IMG/VR virus record: IMGVR_UViG_3300031251_000001
Coordinates: 150,230-214,229 of that record
DNA length: 64,000 nt
Direction: 5' to 3' (one strand)
Numbering within the stretch: the first letter of the stretch is position 1; each line of letters begins with the position of its first letter. Made by a program: the position numbers and the translations under genes. The notes under the pieces were generated by a model. The model saw only the letters and a list, made by a program, of their open reading frames with translations. It was not told the origin of the DNA and ran no database searches. Shown here in pieces: positions 10,277 to 21,951 of this stretch.

Positions 10277-10864
10277 CTACTTTCCTTCGAGCGCTGCCGC
10301 CAGCTTGGCCAGCTCGGCGGGAACGTCCTCGAACTTTTCGGGGGCGGGGCAGAGAGCGAAACACTTAATGTTCTCGACGGAATAGAGACGGAAGTTGACA
10401 TCGGCCAGTTCACCCGTCTTCTTCTTGCTGCTGAGGATGAGCTCGGCCTCGGCGGTAGGGATCTCGGTTCCCTCGCTGTCGTAGTAGGTGGCCTTCTCCG
10501 GCCCCTTCATCTGATCGAGGCAGATGTAGAGCTTTTCGGGTGTCTTGATGTTCTGGTGGATGGGGGTAGGGCCACCGTCTGAAGCATTCTTGACCATCTG
10601 GTGGTAAGGAGCCCGCGCAGGCTTGAGGGGTGCTACCGTGTCGGCCGCGATGGCAGCGTTGACCTTTTCTTTAGCCTCACGCTCGCGGGCGATCGACTTA
10701 TCGAAGATGAGCTGACCCACGACGACGGATCGCTTGAACACCTCAGCAGCGGTAACCGTATCCTCGGGCTTGAGGACGACCATGGCGATCAGAGTTGGCT
10801 TGTTGGGCAGGTTGGTGCAGATGGCAGCAATTGGTTGATTCTCGACGAACAGATCCATAATCAA
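10277..10864 (-). CDS. hypothetical protein
   Basis: 195-aa ORF tiling the minus strand. Confidence 0.6.
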   Translation of the reverse strand: MIMDLFVENQPIAAICTNLPNKPTLIAMVVLKPEDTVTAAEVFKRSVVVGQLIFDKSIAREREAKEKVNAAIAADTVAPLKPARAPYHQMVKNASDGGPTPIHQNIKTPEKLYICLDQMKGPEKATYYDSEGTEIPTAEAELILSSKKKTGELADVNFRLYSVENIKCFALCPAPEKFEDVPAELAKLAAALEGK

Positions 10865-11203
10865 TTCCTAGATAAAGAAGAGGGAAGCCAGGCCGCTTTC
10901 GCGGCCCGCTCCGCCTTCGGGTTAGATGATGCCCAGGAGCTTCAGCCCCTGGACGATATAGGGTAGGGCCAGAGTGAGAGCAGCCGTGGTCAGGAAATAA
11001 CCACAGCAGTAGCCGGCTGTGTAGATCAGCAGGCGACGCCATTTGGCTTTGATCAGAGCAGCTTGTTGTTCCTTGCGGACAACGCTGACTTCGTGCAGGA
11101 TGCGGGTAACATTCAGAGTGAACTCAGCAGACATGGTCAACCCCTTGTAGGTAAGTGTGCGTTAGGTGCCGTTCATCAGTTATGACGCATAACGCCTCCC
11201 AGT

Positions 11204-11575
11204 TTAGTTGGGGTTTTCGTCCTCCACCCGTTCCGATTCTCTGGCTCCCTCCAGGGTGAAGGCTCGTACGTTCTCGGCGTTGATGTCCATCGCCAAGCGG
11301 ATCCAGAGGCTACCCTCATAGAACTCAAAGTAGGCAGGGGAGCCGTAACCCTCAACCGCGGTCTTCTCACCGTAACCGTTGAAATAGAGTTCCAGGAATT
11401 GATCGTTGTTGAGAACGGCCTTACCGGTCACGTGCCCATCACAGTCGGGCGAGTGGTCGATGAGCTTGAAGAAGAAGGTCCGCTTCAGCCGGCGGAACTC
11501 GCGATCGCGGACGTAGATGTCCACGATGATGGCAATCAGGATGGCAAAGAGCAGGATGCCGATAACAATGACCAT
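11204..11575 (-). CDS. membrane-anchored hypothetical protein
   Basis: N-terminal hydrophobic helix. Confidence 0.6.
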   Translation of the reverse strand: MVIVIGILLFAILIAIIVDIYVRDREFRRLKRTFFFKLIDHSPDCDGHVTGKAVLNNDQFLELYFNGYGEKTAVEGYGSPAYFEFYEGSLWIRLAMDINAENVRAFTLEGARESERVEDENPN

Positions 11576-12039
11576 GTGGGCCTCATGGAGTTAAGTGAAG
11601 TTTCAGAACAGGGGTACCAGGGATGCAGTAACCGGTGTCGGGGTCTTCGGTGATGTGCGAGACCACGGCCAGCGGCGTCTTGTCTTCGTACTCCTGGTTG
11701 TAGAGCTCCTGGGACATCCCAGGATGCCACTCGGCGATTTGGTAGTGCATCTCGCGCATCTTCTGGGCGAGCTGCATGGCGTTGACGACGGCACAGGTGT
11801 TGGTAGCGATGAAACCGCTGTGCAGCATCTTGTGCCAGTTCTGCTTGTTACGAACCTGGAAGTAGATGAAGTAGCGGGTGTGTGGCTTCCACACCCCGAC
11901 GAGGGGCTCGTAGACCCAGCGGGTTTCCCCTTCCAGGTGGATCGCCTTCTTGCGGTCCCATTCGATCTTGCCGCCGTAGAACTCCACCCGAACCGGGCAC
12001 TCCAGGGCGTGTTCCAGGGGAGGAACGATCCGCTGACAA

Positions 12040-12618
12040 TTACATTGAGACATGGTGTCCTTCGGTTCGTAGTTGATTGACGATTTCGATCAGCTCTCGA
12101 TTGGTGACCTCGGCTTCCGGATCCACCTCGACTCTCTGCCTGAGCGTGAGGATGAAGTCCGCCATCATCTCCAGCTCCCAACGATGGCTGTACTGGGGAC
12201 CGAGCTTCTTGAGCCTTTGGATCGCCCGCAAGTAAAGCAGGATGGACATGCGCGGCGTAACACCCTTGCGTCGACTGAGCAGGTACTCACGGGTCGAAGC
12301 CATGATCTCGCGGACCTTCTCGACTGGCACCGTAGTCACCAGTTCCAGTCGAACAGGGTGGACGATCCAGCGTTCGCCGGTGATGATGGCGTCCCAGGTG
12401 CCCTTGGGTTTGACAGCCCGGCACGGCTGGGCGGTACGGTAGCAGTAGGTGTGGTGCCAGAAGAACCTGGCGGCGAAGCAGGCAGCGACGGATGGGCCGA
12501 CGCACAGGCGGGGCGTGGTCGGCTCGATGTGGCCTTTGTTGGGTGGCGTGAGCAGCTTCGAGGTGAACGATGGTCCGTGGTTCACCTCGGTGCAGTGCCA
12601 CCAGTGTCTGGGTTTCAT
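12040..12618 (-). CDS. hypothetical protein
   Basis: Overlapping start/stop tiling. Confidence 0.55.
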   Translation of the reverse strand: MKPRHWWHCTEVNHGPSFTSKLLTPPNKGHIEPTTPRLCVGPSVAACFAARFFWHHTYCYRTAQPCRAVKPKGTWDAIITGERWIVHPVRLELVTTVPVEKVREIMASTREYLLSRRKGVTPRMSILLYLRAIQRLKKLGPQYSHRWELEMMADFILTLRQRVEVDPEAEVTNRELIEIVNQLRTEGHHVSM

Positions 12619-13778
12619 GGCTTGCCCATCTGATCCATCACGGTTTCGACTGTCTCACGCAAGGCGGAGATGATGAAGCTGGCGTTACCGTGAGCAAACA
12701 GCTTCCGCTTGTGGGCGGCACGAGCGAAGGCCAGGAGAGTGGCCTCGAAGATGTCCAGGCCGGCGTTGAACTGATCGACCTCCGCCTGGTTTTGCCGATG
12801 CTCATGAAGAGCGATCGGGTCAGCTGTCGTCCGCTGGAAGTTGGTCTGGATCTCCCCCGTGCTGTCCTCATTCAGGTTGAAGATCACCTTGTGCGTGCCC
12901 GTCTCCAGCACGATTGTCCTGATCAGTTGCTTCAGTTGTTCCGTCTTCATCGGTGTCCTCGCAGGTACGGTAGTCCAGGGCGGTGATATTTTCCAGGCCA
13001 CACTCGCCACACTCAGAATCGCAAGCCGACTCGTAGATCTCCTGCCACTCGTACCCACAGCGTGGGCAGCAGTAGTCGATCTCGTAGAGCGGCTCGCGAC
13101 TGGCCTGGCGTGCCCGCATGACGCTAAGCTCCGCCATCTTCTTCCTCCTCCTCTTCTTCCTCTTCTTCCTCGATAGGTTCGTAATGATCGGGCTCATTGA
13201 GTGTCTCGACGGAGATGGTCTCGACCCACTGATCGTTCTCGGTCTCCTCCTTCTCGTCATAGGAGACCTCGCCGGCCCGGCACAGCCGTTCCGCTTCTTC
13301 AGCGGTCTCGGCCTGAACCGTGTAAGACGTCTTGTAACCGAAGAGCTCGTAAGCCTCGACGATGAACGTCTTCTTATTGTCGGGCTTCACCTTCACTTTG
13401 CTTGGCATGGTTGTTCTCCGGTAGTTTCTTTGGCTCGCGATTAGCGAGGATGGTTTCAAGGACTTCGAGACGTTGTTTGACAAGGACTAGCTCGGCGAGC
13501 AACAGCTTGATCGTTGCGGCTGATAATTCCTTATGCTCAAAAAGAGTTACCGGGTCTTTAAGCAGATTCTCCAGGTGCTCGTTGGGAAGGATGGCAGCAT
13601 AGTCAGGATCAGCTTTGAGCTTCTCTGCCGCCTCCTGTGCACCCTGGAGGATACTAGTGGCCAGCTGATCAGCGGTAGATGGCCGCTTATAAGGAGTGAA
13701 CCCAGCATTGATCTGATCGATATGACTTGAGTGTTCCTTGTACAGATCAAGAAAGCGTTGCAGCGTCATCATGGCTCC

Positions 13779-13810
13779 AAAACGAAAACACCCCTCCACG
13801 AGGAGGGGTG
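13779..13810 (-). terminator. intrinsic terminator
   Basis: CACCCCTCC-TCGT-GGAGGGGTG followed by TTTTCGTTTT. Confidence 0.8.
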
Positions 13811-14043
13811 AGGGACTCGGGGTGAGGGTAGATTACTTGGCAGTCGTGGTGGCCGCAACGGTGGGTTTGCCGTGCACCGGGTCACCGACCGCCATCTTCT
13901 TGATCGCGATCACGCCGACCACGACCATCAGACAGATGAGACCGCCACCCACGAAGAACTTGTTCATTGAGCTCTTCGTCGCCGGATCCATCGGGATACT
14001 GTTATCCTGCTGCATGTCACTCTCCACTGGGTTAGATAACTCC

Positions 14044-14052
14044 AGTGTAGCA
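14044..14052 (-). promoter_or_regulatory. extended -10 element TGCTACACT
   Basis: Intergenic TGnTAnnnT. Confidence 0.4.
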
Positions 14053-14054
14053 CT

Positions 14055-14933
14055 TCAGTCGAGCAAGTTGACCTGAGTCAGCATGGTACGCAGGACTTCT
14101 TCACTGAGGTCACCAAACCCGGTCATGCGACTTAATGCTCGCAGGCCAGCCGCCCTGGCCAGCAGCGTCTCAGCGTGTTTCTCGCAGCCCTCAGCTGCAG
14201 AAATGATCAACTGGCCCAACGGAATCCGTTTGGCTTCGGCCGGGAGGGAAGCGTTCATCTTCTCCTGGGCGTTCGCCTGCAGCTTACTGATCTCCTCGGC
14301 TTCCTCAGCCATTGACTGTTGCTGCTCTTCCCAGGTCATCGGCGTCGACGGCTCGCTCAGCACGACAGGTCGCGTACCACACCAGTCGACTTCCTTGCTG
14401 CTGCCGTCGGTTTCAGGACGAGGGTTGTTGCCGTAGATGTGTGCCAGCACTGGAGTGAGTTGGCAGTCACTGGCAATGTCGACAATATACCAGTGCTTGT
14501 CGGCCAGATCAAACTCCGTGAACTTGCCTTGAGTGATGGGCCGATTGGTAGTCCAACGAACCATCTGTACAGCGAGTGGTCGATGGATGTCGATCCTGTG
14601 GTAGGGCAGGTACTGAAGAGCCTTGTTCAGCATCTCGCGGGTGAGGATGATCTCCAACTCAGCTTTGGTGGGATCAGGTGCAATCTCGTGCAACGAATAC
14701 TTGGCCTTGGGGCAGTATTCGCAGTGCTCTGGAACATCAGTCACGTAGATCGACTTCTTGAGGAACTCAAACCGAGGCGGTGTGGCAGAGATATCGATTT
14801 CTCTACCGATCCACAGCATGTTGTAAAGCACCCTGGCTATGGGAGGACACACCATGACGGCGGGGCCAGAAAAACTATTGATGATGAGCTTGGCTTCTCT
14901 GGTCGTGATGGATGGTAGATCAGTGCCTGGCAT
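14055..14933 (-). CDS. hypothetical protein
   Basis: Start MPGTDL after AAGGA. Confidence 0.6.
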   Translation of the reverse strand: MPGTDLPSITTREAKLIINSFSGPAVMVCPPIARVLYNMLWIGREIDISATPPRFEFLKKSIYVTDVPEHCEYCPKAKYSLHEIAPDPTKAELEIILTREMLNKALQYLPYHRIDIHRPLAVQMVRWTTNRPITQGKFTEFDLADKHWYIVDIASDCQLTPVLAHIYGNNPRPETDGSSKEVDWCGTRPVVLSEPSTPMTWEEQQQSMAEEAEEISKLQANAQEKMNASLPAEAKRIPLGQLIISAAEGCEKHAETLLARAAGLRALSRMTGFGDLSEEVLRTMLTQVNLLD

Positions 14934-14955
14934 GTTGGATTCCTTGAAAGAGGGG

Positions 14956-14990
14956 AAAACGAAAGACCCCACGATGCAGGCCGTGGGGTC
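14956..14990 (-). terminator. intrinsic terminator
   Basis: GACCCCACG-loop-CGTGGGGTC followed by TTTCGTTTT. Confidence 0.75.
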
Positions 14991-15005
14991 AAAATACGTA
15001 TTTTG
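14990..15005. promoter_or_regulatory. 16-bp palindrome, copy 2
   Basis: Exact; abuts the terminator. Confidence 0.85.
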
Positions 15006-15295
15006 GATTCAGCGTGTCACTTAGGCTTGCCTGTTTGCGTACGAAAGAGGAAGCCGTCGTCCATTGAGACAGCGTCCGGGTATTCGTAGTCAAGGTTGGG
15101 CCAGTAGGTGACCGCCCAGCAGCGAAGCGACTTGTCACGGTAGATGCAATACTGCGGGAAGTCCTCATCGGCCATCTGGATAGAAAAGCCGATGTGGTCC
15201 GGACTGTCCTTGAACCATGTCAGGCGAAGCTGCGGTCGGGACAGCAAGAAGAGCAGCAAGGCAAAGACCAAGGCTTGGCGGATGATGATCATTGG

Positions 15296-15796
15296 TTACC
15301 TGCAGAACAGGTGCATGTACCGGCGACCGTCCGATCCCATCACCCACGCAGCTCCGCAGTAGGTGTAGTTATCGTACGTGCAGCACGCACCCCAACCCCA
15401 ATCTGGTGTCCAGGCAGCACAACCACCGGTGGTGGCGTGAGCATCAGGAGGGAGATAAGCGAAGTCACCATGCTGACCGCCACAATGTCCAGCGTTGTGG
15501 GACTGTGCCCGTACTCGAGCGCACGCCAAGGCACCCTGGGCGAGAAGCGGATCGTTGATATATGGCTTCAGCCCACGCTGTGCTCGGGTGGCGTTCACCT
15601 CGGCCAGGGCATCGGCACATTCGGCTGCTGATCCGTTGTAGGGAACCGGGGCTGACGGGATACCGCCACCACTGCTTCCACCACTGACTGGCTGCCAACC
15701 ACCGGAGTTACGGACACGACGACCGCTGGCGTCCAGGCCACCAACCAGCACCAACGCGACCAACAGACTTAAAGCGATTCTCATCACTGACTCCAA
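15296..15796 (-). CDS. secreted CAP/SCP-domain protein
   Basis: Signal peptide; ALAEVNATRAQRGLKPY..DPLLAQGA...GH and YTYCGAAWV...YMHLF. Confidence 0.75.
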   Translation of the reverse strand: MESVMRIALSLLVALVLVGGLDASGRRVRNSGGWQPVSGGSSGGGIPSAPVPYNGSAAECADALAEVNATRAQRGLKPYINDPLLAQGALACARVRAQSHNAGHCGGQHGDFAYLPPDAHATTGGCAAWTPDWGWGACCTYDNYTYCGAAWVMGSDGRRYMHLFCR

Positions 15797-15831
15797 CAGG
15801 ACACGGGACGGGTTTTAAGCGAGGCGGGATG

Positions 15832-17157
15832 TTACTTGCCCTGATCTACGGCGTCAACCGAGATCGGGCTGTCCGGGGCCAAGGCGGCAGCCGCTTGGCC
15901 ATCCGCGATGCCTTTCTTTCTGACGTTATCGACCATGTGGGCGAAAGGGCTGCTACTTTCAGCTCTGGGCTTAATCTTAGCTTCATCAGCCCATTTTGAC
16001 ATTTCAGCCGCGAACGTACTTTTCATGCCCCACCCTGCATCAAACATCCGCATATCTTCCATCATCCGACAGAAGCTCCGACGCGAGTCGTAGGCAATGG
16101 CTTCCGGCATTTTGAGAAGAGACTTGCACTGGCAGCACTGATAGATCTCACAGAGGAACATCGTCGGTACGGCGACCAGGGTCTCGATCTTCTCGCACTT
16201 ACTGCAGGCGTAAGTGAAGAGCAACGTATAGGCTGGATGCGACTTCAGCTTTGACAGCTGGTAGGCAATGCTGATCGGCTTATGAAGCTCCCAGTCGAGC
16301 AGCTGAGCCAGCTTGCCATTCACCAGGAACTTCGCCCTGGGATCGAGCGATCCTTTTGTCATGGCAGCGTGCGCGGCTTCCCAGTCACGGTAGCCACTGT
16401 TGCCGTACCCAGCGTAACGTGCAGCGTCCTCTGCCCGATGAAAGACTTCCATGTTGGGTTTATGCTCTTTCTTGATCGCTGCCTCGGCGACACTTTCTGT
16501 ACCTTGCATTGCCCACGACCAGGTACCGAACGGGTCATGGAACTTGTACCTGGGGGATTCCAACTTCCGTGTCGCGAGACCATGAGCGACTGGATGGTAG
16601 CTCTTGAGCCTCTTCATCGCGTCGATACGTTCCGACACGCTGAGACAAAGAACGAGGTTGGTGATGGCGTCAACCCACCTATCGAACTCTGCGGGGTTGG
16701 AAGGGACAGCACCAAAGTAAGCGGCATCCGGGTCGACCGCTTTGAAGAACTCTGATTCACGGATCTTCGATCGGATGAGCTCCGTCTTGCCACACTGCCT
16801 GGCCTGGTGACGGATTGTTTGCTCGATGCACTTGTTAGCAGCGAACGGTACCGAGGGAGGTTCGAGGAACTCTTTCTCTATCTTCTTCGCGAGTTTGTCG
16901 CTTGCTTCGTCAATGACAGCACGCAACTCCTGAGAGTCCTTGATCTCTTCGTCGACGATCACCACGTCGGCTTTGAGCCCGCTCTCCGGCATCTTAATAG
17001 GCCAGAAGGCAATCTTCTTTGGCCTATCGAACATGATCATCGTCTGCACGCCAACGATCTTGTCGGGTGCGCTGGGCATGATGTCATCGTTGCTGGCGAG
17101 GATGACTGGCTCAGGCATATCATCCGCCTGGCTGATGATTGGGTCGTTGTTCGACAT
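15832..17157 (-). CDS. hypothetical protein
   Basis: 441-aa ORF; AAGGAAG upstream; CxxC pairs. Confidence 0.65.
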   Translation of the reverse strand: MSNNDPIISQADDMPEPVILASNDDIMPSAPDKIVGVQTMIMFDRPKKIAFWPIKMPESGLKADVVIVDEEIKDSQELRAVIDEASDKLAKKIEKEFLEPPSVPFAANKCIEQTIRHQARQCGKTELIRSKIRESEFFKAVDPDAAYFGAVPSNPAEFDRWVDAITNLVLCLSVSERIDAMKRLKSYHPVAHGLATRKLESPRYKFHDPFGTWSWAMQGTESVAEAAIKKEHKPNMEVFHRAEDAARYAGYGNSGYRDWEAAHAAMTKGSLDPRAKFLVNGKLAQLLDWELHKPISIAYQLSKLKSHPAYTLLFTYACSKCEKIETLVAVPTMFLCEIYQCCQCKSLLKMPEAIAYDSRRSFCRMMEDMRMFDAGWGMKSTFAAEMSKWADEAKIKPRAESSSPFAHMVDNVRKKGIADGQAAAALAPDSPISVDAVDQGK

Positions 17158-17740
17158 CGTCTTCCTTTCTTACGCCGGCAACACAGCCGTGCGTGTCTTT
17201 GGTATAAAGCGCGGCCATGAAGCCAGAACCATCCACTGCGGCCATCGGGCCTTCAAAGCCCGATGCGATGCTGTATGTATTAGTCACGTGTCTTGCCTTC
17301 AGGCATCGACCCACGCTGAGATCGACAGGATCCCATGCGTCAGTGCCCGCTTGAGCGTTGCCGGCAGTCTCGGCGTACTCTTTCACCGGTGACTGGTCCC
17401 AGAACTTGCACTCAACACAGTGAACGATATCGAGTGGTGGCAACCGACCTGTGCGACCAGGTAGCCTGCCCTGAGTAATCTGCGTCTGCCAGCCCAACGA
17501 CTGTAACTTACTATGGACAAACGTCAGGATGTCGACGTTCGTGACCTCGATGGCCTTCTTCCACTCGTTGGCCACGTCCAGCATATCGCGGGTGAGCTGC
17601 CGATCGGAGTCAGCACGCTGGGCCTTGATGTGATAGTTGGGCGTACGATCCTGGATTTGTTCCAGCTTACTACCCAGGAAGAACTCTACGTGCTGAATAG
17701 TCATGCGTCTCTCCTGGGCTGAGGATAGCACCCCAGAATG

Positions 17741-17766
17741 AAAAAGGCCACCCCGAAGGATGGCTT
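17741..17766 (-). terminator. intrinsic terminator
   Basis: GCCATCC-TTCG-GGGTGGC followed by CTTTTT. Confidence 0.75.
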
Positions 17767-17772
17767 GGTGAG

Positions 17773-19995
17773 TTAGGGTGTCGCCCCTGGCGGGTTACTC
17801 CACCAGTCGGGACGCAGGACGTTTTGCCTGCCCGTCATTGAATTGAAGATGATGTTCTTACCAGGCAGCTTCACCGACTGGCCCGGCACCGTAATCACCT
17901 GGGCCGGCACGGTCACTGTCACCGGCGTGGTGGGGAGGGTTGAAGACCCGGCCGGGATAGCAGTAGCGGTCGGCACGTTCACCACGATCGACTGAGCCGG
18001 GATCGTCACCTTGGTGTCGAGCACCGGGGCGTTATAGGTGGAGACGACCAGCTTGTAACCGGGAAAGGGCTGGTTCCAGAACGACGGGTCCATCGGCCAG
18101 TGGTACAAGGTAAGCCACTGCGTCTTGGACTGGGCCAGGGTCGGCTCATAGAGAGCGACCTGTTCCGAGAGCGGTGTATCATCGAAGCGAAGATCGACAC
18201 AGTTATACTGCGGACTGACGACCAGGATATTGCCAGCCGGCTGACCCTGGGTGTTAGTGCCGTGGAACTGCATCTTGTGCGTCAGCTGCGATTCCATGAT
18301 GCGGGCCAAGTTGGGAGCAGTGCCCCAGCAATTGAGCTTACCCTTGTAGAGTGCAACCTGCACCCGACTGTCCGAGGAAGCGTCAACGAAGTGCTTGAAG
18401 CCTTGATCACACCAGATCCCGGTGACGTCGATGTTCATGTCGCTGATCGTCCGGAAGATCACCCCGGAGACCGAGTCGACGTAGAAGCCATTGGACCAAG
18501 TCACGATGTTGCCGGTGTTGACGTAGACCGCTGAGCTGCGACGATCATTGGTGGCTGAGCCGAATGCCCAGCAGCGGTCGAACTGGATGTCAGCGGTCTG
18601 GTTACCTTCGAGCCAGATGCCGATGTCACCAAAGAAAGAGCAGTTGGTGTAGCGCTGCTCGGAAGCGGTGTGTCCGCCCGAGGAGGTGGAACACTTATCC
18701 CAGATCACCATACCAGCGGTACGGCCGACCGGAGTAGCCACACACGAGAAGCTGCAGTTGTTGAACTGGTTACTGAAGCCCTGCCCGCCGCTGAAGTCCG
18801 AGTAGGCTAGGCCGGCACTGGCGCCGTGGACACCCTGGACCTGGACACCCTCCCACAGTGACGCCTGGTTCTGCACCACGATCATCGGCCAGTAGGTCTC
18901 GCCGGACAGGCTCATCTGTTGAACGAGATACCAGTGACCGTTGTCGGCGGCGGCGATGCGACGACCACTCTTGCTGTTGCCGCCGCCGTACTCATCGATC
19001 ACCGGGCAGTAGCAATAGTAAGTAGAACCTGCCGGGACGATGATGCTGCCGTTAGCGTTCATGAGCTGCATCTGCAGATCATTCAACCGACTCGAAGGAG
19101 TAGCCACAGGATTCGGTTGAACCACCGTTGAAGCCAGGTGACTGAGCATCGGTTGTTCATCGTGCCACTGGAAGAGCCAATCATCAGCGATCTTCGGATC
19201 GCCAAGACAGTGCGGGGCCGGCACGCGTTGCCACGGATCAGTGGGTTGAAACCTAACATAGACGTGGTATCCGAGAGTTCCTTGGGGGTGTTGTTCGGCC
19301 ATACCAAGCAAGACGCGCATGACATCAACGGGCGTGCCGAAGTTAGGAGCAGTAAGACTGGTCGGCGGTGATAAAGCCGTCTCACCCGACTCAGTAACAC
19401 GACACCAGCATACATCGAAATTGGCACAGGGGAAGGCGTCAGGGGAGACCACAGGAGGTGGAGCAACAGCAGTATTGCGACCACCAAACCGGAGACCCTT
19501 CACGTCCAGCGACCAGAGAACGATGAGAGGTTGAATGGTTGCCGAGTCACCGGAGTACGGCGAGATCGACACCACTGGCTGATGGTTGGTCGAATAATAA
19601 TGCTCACTACCATTGGTGAAGTCGAGCGTCTCGGTGACGTTGATGCACTTCACCTTCCAGAGCAAACCACAATCATCGGTGGTGGTAGGCTGGTTGGAGC
19701 TGTCGACCCAGAACCTGCCGCCGAGCTTGGTGGTGACAGTGGCCGGCTGCGAGAACGTCCCGACTTTGCGGGAACGATCTACGATGGCATTGCTGATCTC
19801 GTAGGTGCCGGCGGGTTGACCCGATGCGGGGTTATTCCAGCCGGCGTAGCTGGAATAACTTTGGATGAAGAGAGCGTTGGTGGGAGCCGTCACCGGCGAC
19901 CAGGTAAACCCTGGGGTGACGGGGAGAACAATGGGGTCCTGACTGGGAGCCAGGAAACACAATAACCCCAGCAGCAGAATACCGGACGTGCGCAT
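17773..19995 (-). CDS. large signal-peptide protein, probable beta-helix (pectate-lyase-like) region
   Basis: MRTSGILLLGLLCFLA after GGAGG; repeated N.F.NCSF / F.RCWAF turns. Confidence 0.55.
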   Translation of the reverse strand: MRTSGILLLGLLCFLAPSQDPIVLPVTPGFTWSPVTAPTNALFIQSYSSYAGWNNPASGQPAGTYEISNAIVDRSRKVGTFSQPATVTTKLGGRFWVDSSNQPTTTDDCGLLWKVKCINVTETLDFTNGSEHYYSTNHQPVVSISPYSGDSATIQPLIVLWSLDVKGLRFGGRNTAVAPPPVVSPDAFPCANFDVCWCRVTESGETALSPPTSLTAPNFGTPVDVMRVLLGMAEQHPQGTLGYHVYVRFQPTDPWQRVPAPHCLGDPKIADDWLFQWHDEQPMLSHLASTVVQPNPVATPSSRLNDLQMQLMNANGSIIVPAGSTYYCYCPVIDEYGGGNSKSGRRIAAADNGHWYLVQQMSLSGETYWPMIVVQNQASLWEGVQVQGVHGASAGLAYSDFSGGQGFSNQFNNCSFSCVATPVGRTAGMVIWDKCSTSSGGHTASEQRYTNCSFFGDIGIWLEGNQTADIQFDRCWAFGSATNDRRSSAVYVNTGNIVTWSNGFYVDSVSGVIFRTISDMNIDVTGIWCDQGFKHFVDASSDSRVQVALYKGKLNCWGTAPNLARIMESQLTHKMQFHGTNTQGQPAGNILVVSPQYNCVDLRFDDTPLSEQVALYEPTLAQSKTQWLTLYHWPMDPSFWNQPFPGYKLVVSTYNAPVLDTKVTIPAQSIVVNVPTATAIPAGSSTLPTTPVTVTVPAQVITVPGQSVKLPGKNIIFNSMTGRQNVLRPDWWSNPPGATP

Positions 19996-20029
19996 AAACA
20001 GACCTCCATGTTTTGGGAACACAGAGGTC

Positions 20030-20038
20030 ATTCTAGCA
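20030..20038 (-). promoter_or_regulatory. extended -10 element TGCTAGAAT
   Basis: Intergenic TGnTAnnnT. Confidence 0.45.
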
Positions 20039-20043
20039 TGGGA

Positions 20044-21099
20044 TTAGGTAGTGGGGTTGGAGTCGAGATACTTGAGCCAGATCCTCACCCCTTCAGCACA
20101 ATACTCTTCCAGGGCTTCGCGGCCCTCGATGCCGGCGTTGAAATCATTGAGGACGTAGCAGCCTTTGCGGGCCGCTTCCTCAGCGTCGTCAATCGGGCAC
20201 TGCCACGACTTCGGAGCCCAATCGATGCAATCGCCCACGACACAGGGGACCTGGGCCGCGGCGGCATCAGCCGTGGTGATGTTGAAGGTTTCGGTGGCGC
20301 TGAGCTGGATACAGAGATCCATCTCCTGCACCGTCTTGCGGAATGAGCCCCAGCGCTCCCAGGGGTTCTCGACCAGGGCGGCATACTTGGAGCCACGGAA
20401 CATGTTCCGCAGGCTGTGCAGCACTGCCTTGCCGTGTTCCTCGCGGTTGACTGAGACATAGAAGTTCACATGACAGCCCAGGTTGCGGGCGATGAGCATC
20501 GCTGCAGCTGCGGCTGTCGTGTGGTTCTTCAGGAGTCGCAGAGCACCGAAGGAGGCGATGTCGATGCAGTCCCGATGATTAGGATGCTTGAACTTCTTGT
20601 GGGTGGCCCGGCAAGCGTCATAGAGATTGGGCAGGTACTTGCAGTGGCCGTCGTAGGCTGTCTGCAAGAAGTCATTGGCCCGCCGGCTGTTGGCGGACAT
20701 CGTGAAGTTGAGTTCGTGATCCTGCATCTCCATGCCTTCGCGAATCAGGTTGATCGCTCCGGGTTCGACTTGGAGGAAGCCGATCTGCGAGTGGCAACGG
20801 ACGACGAAGTGAACGTCCGGGTAGGCACGCACGATCATTTCCAGATCGTGCGTCTTGACCCAGGGTGCTTCGATGATGCAGTGCGTGCAGCCGGGGTTCT
20901 GAGCCAGTACGACGTTGATGTCCTGGTGCTTACGGACGCCATGAGCTGAAGCCTTGACGCCATTCTTACGCAGCACCTTAACGGAGTGAAGGCTGTTGAC
21001 CCCCAGACCGATGTGGCAGTAGTTCGGCCCGATGGCCATGAAATTGCGGTAGATGAAAATGACGTCGGCTCGTCGGTGGTGCGGACGATGGTAGTGCAT
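20044..21099 (-). CDS. glycosyltransferase (GT-B/GT4-like)
   Basis: YLPNLY, FGALRLLKNH, MDLCIQLSATETFNITTADAAAAQVPCV (donor-binding motif). Confidence 0.75.
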   Translation of the reverse strand: MHYHRPHHRRADVIFIYRNFMAIGPNYCHIGLGVNSLHSVKVLRKNGVKASAHGVRKHQDINVVLAQNPGCTHCIIEAPWVKTHDLEMIVRAYPDVHFVVRCHSQIGFLQVEPGAINLIREGMEMQDHELNFTMSANSRRANDFLQTAYDGHCKYLPNLYDACRATHKKFKHPNHRDCIDIASFGALRLLKNHTTAAAAAMLIARNLGCHVNFYVSVNREEHGKAVLHSLRNMFRGSKYAALVENPWERWGSFRKTVQEMDLCIQLSATETFNITTADAAAAQVPCVVGDCIDWAPKSWQCPIDDAEEAARKGCYVLNDFNAGIEGREALEEYCAEGVRIWLKYLDSNPTT

Positions 21100-21935
21100 G
21101 ACCCATCCTTGGGACTACGAGTGAGGCGGTTAGATGCTCTGTAGCATAGCGTCGGTCTCAGGTGTCGTACAGAGCAAGTGACGTGAAGGTTGGATGACAA
21201 GCTGCGTCACCGCTCGGGTGTGCTCCACCTGTAATTCTGGGCCGATCTGGGCATCCCGCCACTCATCGCCGATTCTCACAACTGGCACTAGATAAATGAA
21301 ACGATCATTAGCCTTGCGACAGCGGTAGGCGACGAGGCCCACCGCGTGGCTTTGATCATGGCCGAGCAGCACGATTTCATTCTGCCGCAAACGGCAGGCG
21401 ATAGAGTTCACGCTTTAAGTACCTCCATGACGACAACATCCCCTTTGCGGAGATACCCACGGTCAGGTAGGCCCTTGAGGTGCAGAATGCCGTTCAGCAT
21501 GTAAGTGCGGTTGATCACCGATTCAACGGACATCTCCCGGAGCGACGGAGAGAACATGAACGACCGCATCAAGAAGGTATGCCGCTCCTGGTTATAGTCG
21601 AGGATCTCGGCCGAGATGTAGTAGCTCATGAGTTCCACTGGTCTCCGTTTTCGGCCGCTGCCTTCAGCAAGCGGTCAACCGCATCGGGATAATCCTCGCA
21701 ATGCTGGCTGAAACCGACACCGTTCTCGCAGGTAGAATAGTGCCAGCGCTTGTCACCCTCATAGGAGATGGCCCGGTACTCCTTGACGCTAATGTTAACT
21801 TGAGCCTTGGTGAACTCTATCTGAACGAGTCTGGTTTTCATGGCGATCAAGCACGCTCTTCTGTCTGCCTCGACCACTCTGACTTCCAGACCACCAACAT
21901 CAATCGTCAGCGTTCGCATGTGTTCTCCTGGTGTG

Positions 21936-21951
21936 CAAAATACGTATTTTG
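21936..21951. promoter_or_regulatory. 16-bp palindrome, copy 3
   Basis: Exact, intergenic. Confidence 0.85.

Noticed and set aside
13136-13172. GAG/GAA tandem run
   Set aside because: Encodes a poly-Glu C-terminal tail and also supplies the next gene's SD; not a separate repeat element.
16770-16815. ARQCGKTE, resembling a terminase Walker A motif
   Set aside because: Isolated motif with no Walker B or nuclease domain.
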